NCBI GenBank assembly: GCA_964016885.1
Contig: OZ024765.1
Location: forward strand, 17,546,001-17,610,000
Length of the DNA stretch: 64,000 nucleotides
DNA from: Eledone cirrhosa
Taxonomy: Eukaryota
Direction: 5' to 3'
The notes under the pieces are model-generated. The model searched no databases. It had not been told where the DNA came from and saw only the letters and a list, made by a program, of their open reading frames with translations. Shown piece by piece: positions 27,134 through 39,414 of this stretch (positions are counted from its first letter, which is position 1; every line of letters begins with the position of its first letter). Made by a program: the position numbers and the translations under genes.

Positions 27134-27549
27134 GTATAGGATTATCCAAGATGTAGTAATGGTTAATTACTACACTGGATATGATTGACGTACGGTAAGA
27201 GGTTACTCTACGAGTTATGGAAGAATTGTTGAAGAAACTAAGTTCCTGATCCTTCTGTATTCCGGAGTGTATATAAAGAATGAATAATAATAGGTAGACA
27301 TCATAAAAAGGTAATTTATTCTGTGTGCTTACAAATGTTTCCACGGTGGTACTACAGCCTGGTTATGCTATGTGCAAATTTACAAGTATTTGCAGAACTC
27401 AAATATCCAATGCTGTGACCACTGTATCCTCAAATACTTGTAAATTTGCACATAGCATAACTAGGCTGTAGTACCACCATGGAAACATTTGTAAGCACAC
27501 GGAATAAATTACCTTTTTATGATGTCTACCTATTATTATTCATTCTTTA
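27131..27549 (-). mobile_element. Family D fold-back element
   Basis: Inverted arms 27270-27392 / 27430-27549; homologous to 4043-4200. Confidence 0.85.
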
Positions 27550-27566
27550 TATATATATATATATAT

Positions 27567-27857
27567 AAACAAGCAAATTATAAATGTAAACATGTAAGTA
27601 TGTTTTTGAAACGGTGCGCGAGTTTGAAAATTAGAAATTAGAAATTATAAGCTTTCACCGTATTTTAGACTAAAGAAATTTCTAGCCTGATAGTGGGGTT
27701 TATAACCCTCGGAGAAATGGAAAAAGATGAGTGTTGCCGTACATGGGAGCAACACTCATCTTTTTCCATTTCTCCGAGGGTTATAAATCCCACTATCAGG
27801 CTAGACATTTCTTTAGTCTAAAATACGGTGAAAGCTTATAATTTCTAATATCTAATA
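27567..27857 (-). mobile_element. Family H fold-back element (~110-bp near-perfect arms)
   Basis: Palindrome centred ~27742; contains GAAAGCTTA but no CTGANGA. Confidence 0.7.
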
Positions 27858-27890
27858 TATATATATATATATATACGATATTAATAAAAG

Positions 27891-27954
27891 TATTTTATCT
27901 GATGAAGGCATACCATAATTTATGTGGTATCCCTGAAATATGTATAATGAAATA
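27891..27954 (+). ncRNA. Type I hammerhead ribozyme, family C, in element 27874-28087
   Basis: TATTTTAT CTGATGA AGGCATACCA...TGGTATCCCT GAAA TATGTATA ATGAAATA. Confidence 0.85.
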
Positions 27955-28082
27955 AATATGGTTTTATAAATATAGTTTCCATTTATTAATATCGTATATC
28001 TACTCCAAAAACTTGTCGAGTGCTTTATAGCAGTTATAAAAATATTTACTTGTTGTATCCCAACAACTTTAAATAAAACTTT

Positions 28083-28115
<33 letters not shown>

Positions 28116-28123
<8 letters not shown>

Positions 28124-28350
28124 CGTAAAATAAGAAAATTTAAAAAAAATTTTAAAAAATTAACTTACTTACCAAATTTAGTAAGTAAGTTAATTTTTTA
28201 AAAATTTTTTTTAATTTTCTTATTTTACGTCTTTTATATTATTGTTCTGCATCCTCCTGCATTGAACCACCTAGGTACTATGACATAACCTGTGTATTTG
28301 CTGGCATTAGCGTACATCTGTACGCATATGTTAGTAGATATACTAAATTC
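28116..28350 (+). mobile_element. Family I fold-back element
   Basis: ~60-bp inverted arms centred ~28177, then a unique tail. Confidence 0.6.
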
Positions 28351-28375
28351 TCTCTCTCTCTCTCTATATATATAT

Positions 28376-28684
28376 ATACGATGATATTAAATAAATGGAA
28401 ACTATATTTATAAAACCATATTTATTTTATTACATATATTTCAAGAGCAACCAAGAAACCTTATCGGTTGGAAATTCACTGGATATATATATACAATTAA
28501 TTAAATTTTAATTAATTGAATAATCTTAATTAATTGAATATTTACTCCAGAAACCAGTTGAGTGCTCTATATCAGTTAATAACTTTTTAACCTTGTTGAA
28601 TCCCAACAAATTAACAAATTAAATATAACCTCTGCATATATATATATATATATATATATGCAGAGGTTATATTTAATTTGTTAG
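28376..28684. mobile_element. Rearranged family C remnants
   Basis: Inverted arm and tails homologous to 27935-28087 and 45960-46118. Confidence 0.75.
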
Positions 28685-28794
28685 GCTTAGCTCTGTTTCT
28701 CGACCGTTATATCGCGTGACTATCTCCCCCTCCGCCTTTTGGGATTCTTTCTCACGTCGTGTAGACGCGTTCTTGAGACTAGTAAAATGAGGTA

Positions 28795-28884
28795 TCCTCT
28801 TGATAAGTCGGCAGACCTCGCAGGGACTCTATATCTTTATGATATATTGTTTTTGTTTATGCCACGAAACTACGTAGTCGAGGA
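28795..28884 (+). ncRNA. Type I hammerhead ribozyme with U3-A8 core variant (family L)
   Basis: TCCTC TTGATAA GTCGGCA...TGCCAC GAAA CTACGTAG TC GAGGA. Confidence 0.72.
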
Positions 28885-28953
28885 ATTTAGGAGCAGTTTA
28901 GGTATGATACATTTTATTACTAATTATATCTAAATGTTTCTTCTCTCTTCATA

Positions 28954-29011
<58 letters not shown>

Positions 29012-29072
29012 ATACCTCCGGGTGCAACGTTTTTTTAAATATCCAGTTCTGCGTTTACAGATTGACTTTGTT

Positions 29073-29123
29073 AGTTTCAGAAGATCCCGTTAAGGGTGAA
29101 AGCAGCGATTCTTTGCTTAAACT
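29073..29123 (+). ncRNA. Hammerhead-like fold with CAGAAGA core, family A
   Basis: AGTTT CAGAAGA TCCC-GTTAA-GGGT GAAA GCA-loop-TGC TT AAACT. Confidence 0.65.
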
Positions 29124-29331
29124 TTAATCTGTTATTTTAATAAATAAATATATATATATCTATCGAGAGTTCGATTCCCGAACCGAGCGATGCGTTATGT
29201 CCTTGAGCAAGACACTTTATTTCACGTTGCTCCTTCTACCTGGAGTTGCGACCGACAGATAGTATTAGCAATTGGAAAGACCAATGGAAACATTGTTTCC
29301 TCGGTCCAATTTGACAAAAGTCGATCGACTG

Positions 29332-29365
<34 letters not shown>

Positions 29366-29452
29366 GGAAAAATTTGAACAGGAACAAAACAGAGAGGCAG
29401 TACAACGAATGTTTATTAATTTCACGCTCTGGAGAGTGGGGTGGTGGTGGGG

Positions 29453-29487
29453 AACGACGTTTCGGGCATAAGCCCTTCCTCAGGTGA
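29453..29487 (-). ncRNA. Minimal hammerhead-like motif, family G (element 29363-29620)
   Basis: Minus: CTGAGGA AGGGCTTATGCCC GAAA CGTCGTT. Confidence 0.6.
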
Positions 29488-29878
29488 GAAGTGTGTGGGA
29501 ACAGAGTTCAAAGGGTGTGTAGGGGAGTGGTGGAGAGACATATAGCGAAAGGAAACGGTGCGAATGAAATTAAAAATAAAAGTAAAAATAAACCATGATC
29601 AAAATACAAGGAATGAAATATATATATGTATACGCATGCGCACAAGTATAGCTCTTTATACAAAACAGTTTTTTTTTTTCATTTCAGGTAGACGCGCTCC
29701 ATCATCCACTTTTCTAATAAAATATATGATACACAAAACGCCAGCATCAACATTCTTTATTTTTAAGAAGGACTAGCGTCCGAAACGTTAAGACCCTCTT
29801 CCTGCTATTTCAGGTTTTAACCTAATATATTCCTTCCATATACTGTACCGACTGTGTTGTTATTTCTGTGTACCTTTT

Positions 29879-29946
<68 letters not shown>

Positions 29947-30309
29947 AATTTTAGTCTACGACTTCAGTTATACCATTTACGTGGTTTTGTCTTTGCGTGC
30001 AATTATTCTCCCCGCTCCACATATGACGTTTTATCTTTTTTTTTCGTTTTTTTTCGTTCATTGCCAGAGAACGTCTCTATGCACCACCTAATAGAATATT
30101 AGTCTACGACCTCTTTTATAGCATAAACGTGGTTCTGTCTTTGCGTGTAATTGTTTTTCACCGCTCCAAATAATGACGTATTATATTCGTTTTTTTCCCG
30201 TTCTTTGCCAGGGAACGTTTCCATGAACCAAAGTATCGTCTTCCTGTCTTCCTCAGGTTGCAACGTTTTTTTGAAATATTCACTTCTGCGTTCACAGATT
30301 GACTTTGTT

Positions 30310-30360
30310 AGTTTCAGAAGATCCCGTTAAGGGTGAAAGCAGCGATTCTTTGCTTAAACT
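30310..30360 (+). ncRNA. Hammerhead-like fold with CAGAAGA core, family A, in the longest A copy (29941-30471)
   Basis: Identical to 29073-29123; followed by the A tail. Confidence 0.65.
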
Positions 30361-30467
30361 TTAATCTGTTATTTTAATAAATATTTGCTCTACGGTCCTT
30401 ATATATTTGATATATATTTATCCTTATCGAGCACTCTTTGGATTTTAGTCTTCAAATTTATTATTAT

Positions 30468-30504
<37 letters not shown>

Positions 30505-30510
<6 letters not shown>

Positions 30511-30768
30511 GTCTTAAGCCAGAAGGCTCATTTGGCCAGTTTCATGGCATGAAGCGACTGATAGTACAAGACTCCCCTCTGGATAGGACGCCAGTCCATC
30601 GAAGGATTAAACCTCCAAGCTATCACTGGTATTCATTTTCAGTTGAGTATACTGGAGCAACGTGAAATGAAGTGTTTTGCACAAGAATACACCACGCAAC
30701 ACAGGAATCGAACCCACGACATTATGATCGTAAGTCCAACACATTTACCACTAGGCCACGTGCCTCCA
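30505..30768 (-). mobile_element. tRNA-derived SINE with V-domain-like core
   Basis: Minus: tRNA head (GTGGCCTAGTGG, GGTTCGATTCC) and GATGGACTGGCGTCCTATCCAGAGG. Confidence 0.75.
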
Positions 30769-30796
30769 CAAACACACACGTGTGTGTGTGCTTGTA

Positions 30797-30832
<36 letters not shown>

Positions 30833-30834
<2 letters not shown>

Positions 30835-31111
30835 AGGCGGGTAAAATTCCCGATATCCATGGACGAGTTCTCTCCATCGGTCTCTGTCCCTCATTATCGC
30901 TGCCATATCCTGCATCTCCAACAGACCAGTGTCTGTCCTTAGGGCATCAACATATGTTAACCTTGGTCTTCCTCTTCTAGTGTGTCCATGTCGGGGCTCC
31001 CAAAGGAGCACTGAGTGCAATGTTAACTCTGGATGTCGGTGAGCATGTCCAGCTAACCTCAGTCTCCTGTGTGTCACTTTTGAGCTGACTTTTGGGATGC
31101 TCCCATACAGC

Positions 31112-31115
<4 letters not shown>
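30833..31115 (-). mobile_element. RTE-X-like LINE 3' fragment (unamplified relative of 21095-23150)
   Basis: ELYGSIPKVSSKVTHRRLRLAGH...RELVHGYREFYPP. Confidence 0.9.
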
Positions 31116-31171
<56 letters not shown>

Positions 31172-31547
31172 ACGGCAGAAGTGACTCAAACTAATGCGGT
31201 CGAGAATCAGCATGCAGGAATTTTAACGAAAAATCAATTTAACCTAATAACAAATGTTTTGATAATCCAGAATGGAGGAGTAAGCTTTACTAACATCAAT
31301 TTTTGTACATGTTATAAAGATCTTTTATATATCCCAGCTGCGCTTGTCACACACTTTTTAAAAATCATTTTCCTTATATACAAATATATCTATATCTATA
31401 TGTGTGTGTTTGTGTGTGTGTATATATATATATATATACATGTGTATATGTATATGTGTGAGTATTGAATTTACCTCAGGTATCGCACCTCAGGAAGGTT
31501 GTTCAACATCAGGTACTTTGGTGCAAGTACGAAGGTATTACCATCTA

Positions 31548-31656
31548 TAATTGTTTCTACTTTTGGCACAAGGCCAGCAATTGCCCCAGTGCATTACTGG
31601 TACTTTATTTTATCGACCCCGTAAGGATGAAAGGCAAAGTTAACCTCGGCGGGATT
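31548..31656 (-). mobile_element. SINE 3' half
   Basis: Nin domain and tail. Confidence 0.85.
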
Positions 31657-31660
31657 AACA

Positions 31661-31850
31661 TCTATAATCCGAGAGTTTTTCGTATGCAGATGACTGCGAT
31701 CTTATTGCACACTCACAAATTGACATGCAGCACATTAAGAACTCTTTTTCTGAAGCCTGCAACGCTTTGGGCCTCACAATAAGCTTGGAAAAGACTGTAA
31801 TGATGTACCTGCCTGCACCTGGGAAAAAATACTCTACACCAAGTATATAA
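31661..31850 (+). pseudogene. RTE (BovB-like) reverse transcriptase fragment
   Basis: Manual translation with one frameshift: IREF/YADDCDLIAHSQIDMQ...ACNALGLTISLEKTVMMY. Confidence 0.85.
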
Positions 31851-32328
31851 CGAATGCAGTCGGGATGTGCAGCTAAAGCACTCAATAAGGAATTTTACCT
31901 TAGACATCAGACATCCGGTTCATGCAAATTGAAGACAGCGACCGATAAGCGAGCCGCTTGAAATGAAACTGTCGTTTTTCTCCTATCTTGCTGTTGACCA
32001 TAAAATCGCATTTGAGCTTTGAATTATTGTATACGAGGCCAACTAAATCACCATACGTGTGAGATGTAACAACACCAAAATGGTAGAGCTGCAGCCCCTA
32101 CGATCAAAACAACCAAGAACCCTGCTTTGAAACGAAGGCTCGTTGGTGGCCAGTTGAGCCTACATAAGTGTGCGCTGTGACAAAATGATAAGAATGGCGC
32201 TTCTATCATTGAAACACCAGAGGAAACTCTTTTGACATGCAATCCCGTCGGAGGTCAGTTAAACCCGTATAGTTGTGATCTGTAACAACAGCATGATATG
32301 ATATGGTTAGGCGGCGAATTGGCAGAGT

Positions 32329-32470
32329 ATTTAAGACGTCGGGTAGAATGTTTTACGGTATTTGTCTCACCTCATTGCGTGCTCTAAGTTCAAATCCCGC
32401 CGAGGTCAACTTTGCCTTTCAACTTTCCGAGGTCGATAAAAAAGTACCAGTCTTGTACTGGAGTCGATTC
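32329..32470 (+). mobile_element. Diverged SINE
   Basis: GGCGGCGAATTGGCAG...GTTCAAATCCCGCCGAGG...GTACCAG. Confidence 0.8.
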
Positions 32471-33635
32471 CTCCTCTGTAGAATAAATCGGATGTATTCA
32501 GAACTGGAGAAGGTTGGGCTCCGTCATGTTTAAAAGGGCCCTAAAGACACCATATGATGGCGCCGCTACGACTCCACAAGGAGTTATGGCAACTTCCTCC
32601 TTATCATATCATTAAACTATCCCGGAATCCTCTTATGAAATGCAACCTCGAAGTAGGTCAGCTAAACCTACAAATGGGTGAGATGTGTTCACGGGATAAA
32701 ACTGGGACCCTTGTCATTAGAATACCCAAGGAACATGCGATGGAACATAACCTTATAGGTGAAAGCTGTGACAGCAATATTATAGGACTTGGGCCCTAAG
32801 GGGATGACATCCCGTTGAATCAACTAATCTTACATAGGTGTACGCTGTAACATCATAGTATTGGAGTCGTCATCCATAAAACACTAAAGAAAACTTTGTG
32901 GTACAACATTGTAGGAGGGCAGTTAAAACAACATAAGTGAGTGTGTGTATGTGTGTGTGTGTCTGAGTATGCGGGCGTGCATGTGTGCATGCGTCTGCGC
33001 GTGTATATTTGCGTGCGTGCGCGCATGTGTGTATGTGTGTGCATGTGTGTGTGTGTGGGGGGGGATCATGTGATCAGTAGTAATACCATTTATGTTTTTT
33101 TAATGTTTGAGACGCTGTCTCACTCACTCTCTCTCTTCCCCTCTCTCTCTCAATCTCTCTCTGTCTCTTTCTCTCTTTCCCTCTTTCTCTCTCAATCTCT
33201 CTCTCTCTCTCTCTCTCACTCTCAGTATCTCTTTTTCTTTCTCTCTTCTATCTATCTATAGATAGACAGGAAGAGAGATAGTTAGCTAGCTAGCTAGATA
33301 GATATATATAGAGAGAGAACCAATCTCTCTCTCTCTCTCTCTCTCTTTCAGTTTCTCACTCTCAGTATCTCTTTCTCTCTCTTCCTATCTATCTACCCTT
33401 CTATCTATCTACCCTTCTATATATCTATCTACTTGCCTCTCTATTCTCCCCGCCCCCTCCTCCCTCCACGTTACATATTTTAACTCAAATGAAGGTTTAG
33501 GCTCTTCTCTTAAGTTTCCGTCTCTATCCTTCCTACCATTTATGGCAAGATAGGAATATTCTAGAGGGCGTTACCCGACAATCAGGTTGTTGCTCTTCAC
33601 ATTCATTCTGCTGATATTGTTATTCTAGCTAATGA

Positions 33636-34642
33636 GGGCGCTGTGTTAGCAGTATCGGTAGATCATCGGACAACATGCTTTGCGCTATATAGTTGAGTTT
33701 CTTTGCGTTCAGAGTTCAAATCCCGCCGAGGTTAGCTTGGTTTTTTTCATCCTTACCAGAGTCGATAAAATAAAGTACCAGTAATTCACTGGTGTGGATT
33801 TCATCAACTTTCTCTCCCCCGCCCCCTACACCACCTTGTGCATTGTCACTATCGCTAGAGGGTCGGACGCCATGCTTTGCAGCAAAGAGTTACGTCCCAT
33901 TGCGGTGTGAGTTCAAATCCCGCCGAGGTTAACTTTGCCACTTTGCCTTTCATCCTTACGGGGTCGATAAAATAAAGTACCAGTAATGTACTGTGATAAT
34001 TGCTGGCCTTGTGTCAAAAGTAGAAACAATTATTATGATGGATTGGCAGTATCGGTAGAGTATCGGACAACATGCTTTGCGCTATATAGTTGCGGTCCTT
34101 TACGTTCCGAGTTCAAATCTCACGAAGGTTAGCTTGGTTTTTCATCCTTACCAGAGTCGATAAAATAAAGTACCAGTAATTCGCTGAGGTCGATTTAATC
34201 AACTTTCCGAGTTCAAATCCCGCCAAGATCAACATTGCCTTTCACTATTTCGGTGGGCGGTGGATTGGCAGTATCGGTAGAGGGTCGTACGCCATGCTTT
34301 GCAGCAAAGAGTTACGTCCCTTTACGATCTGAGTTCAAATCCCGCCGAGGTTGACTTTGCCTTTCATCCTTACGGGGTCGATAAAGTAAAGTACCAGTAA
34401 TACACTGGGTAAGTGCTGGCCTTGTGCCTAACGTAGAAACAATTATTTCTAGGTTCTGGATTGGCAGTATTGGGAGAGGGTCGGACGCCATGCTTTGACG
34501 TATAGAGTTACGGCCCTTGCCATTCTGAGTTCAAATCCCGCCGAGGTTAACTTTGCCTTTCATCCTTACGGGGTCGATAAAATAAAGTACCAGTAATACA
34601 CTGGTGATTGCTGGCCTTGTGCCTAACGTAGAAACAATTATT
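33636..34642 (+). mobile_element. Head-to-tail cluster of ~6 SINE copies or fragments
   Basis: GAGTTCAAATC B box at ~33712, 33909, 34109, 34209, 34331 and 34527. Confidence 0.9.
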
Positions 34643-34809
34643 TCTAGGTTCTACACACATATTATATAGAGTATTTTAGCTCCTACAAATATATATAACA
34701 TACATAAGATAACACTACTAGGCTCTGTACACATATTATATACAGTACCCCAGAACTTACATATATATACAATATACAGAAAATTGCCCTACTGAGAACT
34801 ATATACATA

Positions 34810-35855
34810 CTAGCAGTGGTACGTGGTGTTGCACGGGATAAGATATTTTGGAACGCGGGCCGCCAACAGACCTAATCGTGGAAAAACTGCATGCCTGGAC
34901 AATAAGTAAAGAAAATAAACCGAATACTCTGATGGCTGGTTAATCTTTTAAATTTTCCTCGATGAAGCGGAAAAAATGCAGGTTTTCACCTAATGCGGAC
35001 CCGGGAAAATTGGCTACACGTAACGCCTCGAAAATGCCCTAAAAAGCTGAAAAAATGAAGTTTTTCACCTAATTTCACCTAGGCTATAAAAGATTAGATT
35101 TTATTTGCTCACGGTATGTAGAAGTGACCGACTAATACATAGTTACAATTTCAAGGAAATCGGTCTGACGTAACGCCTCAAAAAAAAACCTAAAAAGCTG
35201 AAAAAAAAACAGTTTTTCACCTAGACCATAAAAAAGTTGGATTTTCTTTGCTCACGGTATGAAGAAGTGACTGACTAATACATAGTTACAATTTCAAGGA
35301 AATCGGTCTGACGTAACGCCTCAAAAAAAACCCTAAAAAGCTGAAAAAAACACAGTTTTTCACCTAATGCGGCCCTAGACCGTAAAAAAGTTGGATTTTC
35401 TTTGCTCACGGTATGAAGAAGTGACTGACTAATACATAGTTACAATTTCAAGGAAATCGGTCTGACGTAACGCCTAAAAAAAGAACCTAAAAAGCTGAAA
35501 AAAACACAGTTTTTCACCTAATGTGGGCCCTAGGCCATAAAAAAGTTGGATTTTCTTTGCTCACGGTATGAAGAAGTGACTGACTAATACATAGTTACAA
35601 TTTCAAGGAAATCGGTCTGACGTAACACCTAAAAAAAACCCCTAAAAAGCTGAAAAAAAACAGTTTTTCACCTAGTGCGGGCCCAAGGAGATCAAAAAGT
35701 TGAATTTTATGTGCATGACACTCCCTGAAACATAAGTAATACAGATGTAAAGTTTGAAAAAAAATCGTTTGGGTACTTCTCGAGTTTTAGGGATTCAAAC
35801 TCACAGAGACACAGTCACACACACAGACAGACATCCTCAGGTTTATATATAGAGA
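34810..35855 (-). mobile_element. Non-autonomous Helitron with internal ~143-155 bp tandem repeats
   Basis: Minus: A|TCTCTATATATAAA ... CCCGTGCAACACCACG ... CTAG|T; GCTCACGGTATG at 35107, 35250, 35404 and 35559. Confidence 0.82.
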
Positions 35856-35935
35856 TTATATAGAGTACTCCAGTACTTACATATCTACAACATACAGAAA
35901 ATAGTACTACTAGGCACTGTACACATTATATAGAG

Positions 35936-36151
35936 CAGGCATGTCAAACATGCAGCCCACGGGCCACATGCGACCCTTTACAAGTACACCTGCAGCCCAC
36001 ACAAAGGGTTTTACAGCGCGAACATGTTTTATTTTCGTAATATAGAATAATAAATCATTGTAATATGCGCAATTAGTTGTCGTGTGTGGGCCTCAGACAG
36101 CACATATGTGACCCATGTCACCCTCGGGGGACTCTTGGTTTGACATGCCTG
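35936..36151. mobile_element. hAT (Charlie-like) MITE
   Basis: 14-bp TIRs CAGGCATGTCAAAC / GTTTGACATGCCTG; degenerate 8-bp TSD ATATAGAG / GTGTAGAG. Confidence 0.85.
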
Positions 36152-36258
36152 GTGTAGAGTTCCACAAGAATTACAAATATATACCACATACAGAAAATTG
36201 CCCGGCTAGGTATTATATACATATTATATAGTATACTCCCGGACATTATATATATATA

Positions 36259-36443
36259 GGGCGGTGGATTGGCAGTATCGGTAGAGAGTCGGACGCCATG
36301 CTTTCCAGCATAGTTACGTCCCTTTACGATCTGAGTTCAAATCCCGCCGAGGTTGACTTTGCCTTTCATCCTTACAGGGTCGATAAAATAAAGTACCAGT
36401 AATACACTGGGTAATTGCTGGCCTTGTGCCTAAAAGTAGAAAC

Positions 36444-36446
<3 letters not shown>
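36259..36446 (+). mobile_element. tRNA-derived Nin-domain SINE, full length
   Basis: Near-consensus copy. Confidence 0.92.
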
Positions 36447-36474
<28 letters not shown>

Positions 36475-37217
36475 CTAGCAGTTTAGCCCGGCGTTGCTCG
36501 GGTTTGTTCATTTGCTATGAAAAGTTACATACAGGTAAACGTGGCTTGAAAGCGAATAAGCTTATCAATTAAGCAGTTGTGCCGGTTATTAAAAGTTACG
36601 AACCAATTAGCATTTTGGACAATCAATGATGGTTTAATAATCTTCCAATAGCGAATTTAGCAGACCAAAGTTGCAAGATGGTGGCCCTGATGCAGCTGGG
36701 TGTCAGATCTTTCCGCTATGGGTGACCCTACCAGGAAATAGTATTCCAGACGGCATAGCTCCAACACCTCCAGCCCCAACATCTATAGCACCTCTTTGTA
36801 GACGATTTTGCGTGTCTTCCCTTGAGGAGTGTAAGCAAAAAGTCCATTCCTGCTCCCTACGCGGGAACAGGCAACATAAAGTTGGCCATACGTGACTTGC
36901 GAGTTTGGTGGACGATCGTTGGTCCGGGTATTTAAAGACTCATGCGGTAAATCTCCGGGTAACAGAATCAGGTGGTAGTGAGAAAGAGATGTGAGGGAAA
37001 GCGTAGAAAGAAACGTAGAAAAAGTGTAAAAAAATAATAACACGAGATAGAGTTACCTTGGAAGTGATTTAATAGTCCCTATATTTCGGATTTCGCATCC
37101 ACCAACCTGGGGTTTTCTGAGGGGAAAAAGTTGTGTCGGCGAAGGACAACAAGAGGCCTGCGCTGTTTATCGTGTGTACGCACACGATAAACACCGGATG
37201 CCACGCGTTGTCCCTCT

Positions 37218-37250
<33 letters not shown>
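36475..37250 (-). mobile_element. Deleted Helitron retaining the Rep/Hel (Pif1-like) C-terminus
   Basis: GQLYVACSRVG...GKTRKIVYKEVL* at 36783-36892; 3' hairpin CCCGAGCAACGCCGGG and CTAG|T; 5' end uncertain. Confidence 0.82.
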
Positions 37251-37254
<4 letters not shown>

Positions 37255-37255
37255 T

Positions 37256-38059
37256 GTTAGTAATGATATATGTATGGAATTTGGTGTTAATAAGTGTGGA
37301 GTCCTAGTGATGAAGAGGGGTAAATTGAACAGAAGCAACGGAATCCAGGTACCAACAGGTGAGATGATAAAGGAAATTGACACTGAAGAGGATACAAATA
37401 TTCGGGTGTTCTGGAGGCAGATGAGATCAAGAACAAAAAATGAAGGAATTGATAAGATCTGAATACATAAGGAGAGTAAGGAACACTAAAATCACATCTA
37501 AATAGTAGGAATGTCATAAGAAGAGTAAAATCCCGAGCTGTGTCTATTATTAGGTACAGTACGGGAATTCTGAAATGGAATGTTACTGAACAAAAAGAAA
37601 TGGATAGAAAGACTGGGAAGCTAATGACTACCTACAGCGCGTTCTACAAGAGGAGTGATGTTGATAGACTCTACTTAAAGAGATCTGAAGGTGGAGGAGG
37701 TCTCATCAGCATAGAGGACTGTGTTCAGATGGAGAAAAACAGTGTGCACAAATATGTGTCTGGCAGTAGGGAGACAATGTTCAAAGTTGTACTGAAGGAG
37801 AAGACAATAGACCAGGGGATGTCCAATGAGGAAATAACAATAAGGCGGAAGAGCAACCTTCATGAAAAATCCCTTCATAGCACCTTCTTTAAGAAAACGG
37901 AATTCAGAGATCCACAGACATGGAACTGGTTAAAAAGATGAGACCTTAAAAAAAAGCGACAGAAGGAATGCTAATGACTGCACAAGAGCAAGCCCCCAGA
38001 ACGAAGTGCGTGAAACACGCTATTGACAAGGAGGAAGCTAGCTTACTGTGTAGGATCTG

Positions 38060-38150
<91 letters not shown>

Positions 38151-38765
38151 CTGTGGCTCACATTGTATCCGATTGTATCCGATTGTAAAAACCTAGCCCA
38201 GACTCACTATAAAGGCAGGAGACATGATATGATAGGAAAGGTGGTTCACTGGCATCTATGCAAACTAAACAATTTACCACATTCTGAGAAGTCGTATGAG
38301 CATAAGCCAGAGTCGGTGATAGAAAACGATCAAGTGAAGGTGCTATGGGATTTTAGGATAGAGACGGACAGGAAATTAGAACACAATAGGCCTGACCTGG
38401 TGGTTTTTGACAAGGAAAAATATTGTGCCTGATTGTAGATGTAACTTGCCCTTTGACACAAGTATGCAAGAAATGGTGAAGGAGAAAATTAACCGATAGC
38501 AGGACGTAAAGTGGGAGTTTAAAAGTATTTTGGGCGGTCATGAGATCAAGGTCCTCCCGATTGTCATAGGAGCACTAGGTACTATCTCAAAGAGCTTTCA
38601 AGGATGGTTAAAGAACATTAGTCCAGCCCCTTTTTTATAACATTTCAAAAGGCATGCTTGCTGGGAGCAGCAAGAACCCCCCAATACGTCATGAATATCT
38701 GAGGCTGCAGGTTTATATTCATTTGAACAAACTTTTCAGTTAAATAACATCAATGACTGAGATTC
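37256..38765 (+). mobile_element. 5'-truncated R4/Dong-like non-LTR retrotransposon (RT C-terminus, CCHC finger, RLE endonuclease), pseudogenised
   Basis: MEFGVNKC, DRLYLKRSEGGGGL, CRICG...C, RHD, LWDFRIETD..HNRPDLVV; flanked by (TAA)n on both sides. Confidence 0.9.
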
Positions 38766-38811
38766 CAAGAATAATGATAATAATAATTATTATTTATTTA
38801 TTAGCCACACA

Positions 38812-38853
<42 letters not shown>

Positions 38854-39414
38854 CACCTACCTGATGCCGGGATTATGTAGAAAGAGAGATGGGAATTCTG
38901 ATGTCACCATTTAACTAGACGAAACCACAGTCCTGAAAATAATTGAAAATCATAAGAGTAAGATCCAATCCAATCTAACCCAGGGCCTTCCCCCTGTTTG
39001 AGGAGGAACACCTCCCTAGTTCACTTCAACCATTTTCTGTTTGGTCATGGTCATGCCAGGGGTGTAGATTTACTCATTAATCCTGGCCAATTGCGCGTTG
39101 ATGAAATGATGTAACCCATAGTTTGGGTTACACTGCACTATGTATCAAATCCAGGGCCCCCTCATTCCTGCTGGGTGAACCCCTCCCTGGTTTACCTCCA
39201 TTGATTTCTATTATAATTTAGTCATGTCAGGGATGTAACCGTACTCACCCTGCATGTCCAATCGCTGGATGGTGAGGCTGTTCAACCCATAATCGGGGGA
39301 CGATGGCTGTTGATTGTGAGGAGTTCATCAGCCCCTTTTATCAGCTCTTGTTGTGTTTCACCGATGGAATTCCACTTACCCTCCTCACGTGACCAGCGTC
39401 TGGTGGGGGAGCCG

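Noticed and set aside
36259-36350. tRNA genes
   Set aside because: The A/B boxes belong to SINE heads continuous with SINE bodies; no complete cloverleaf
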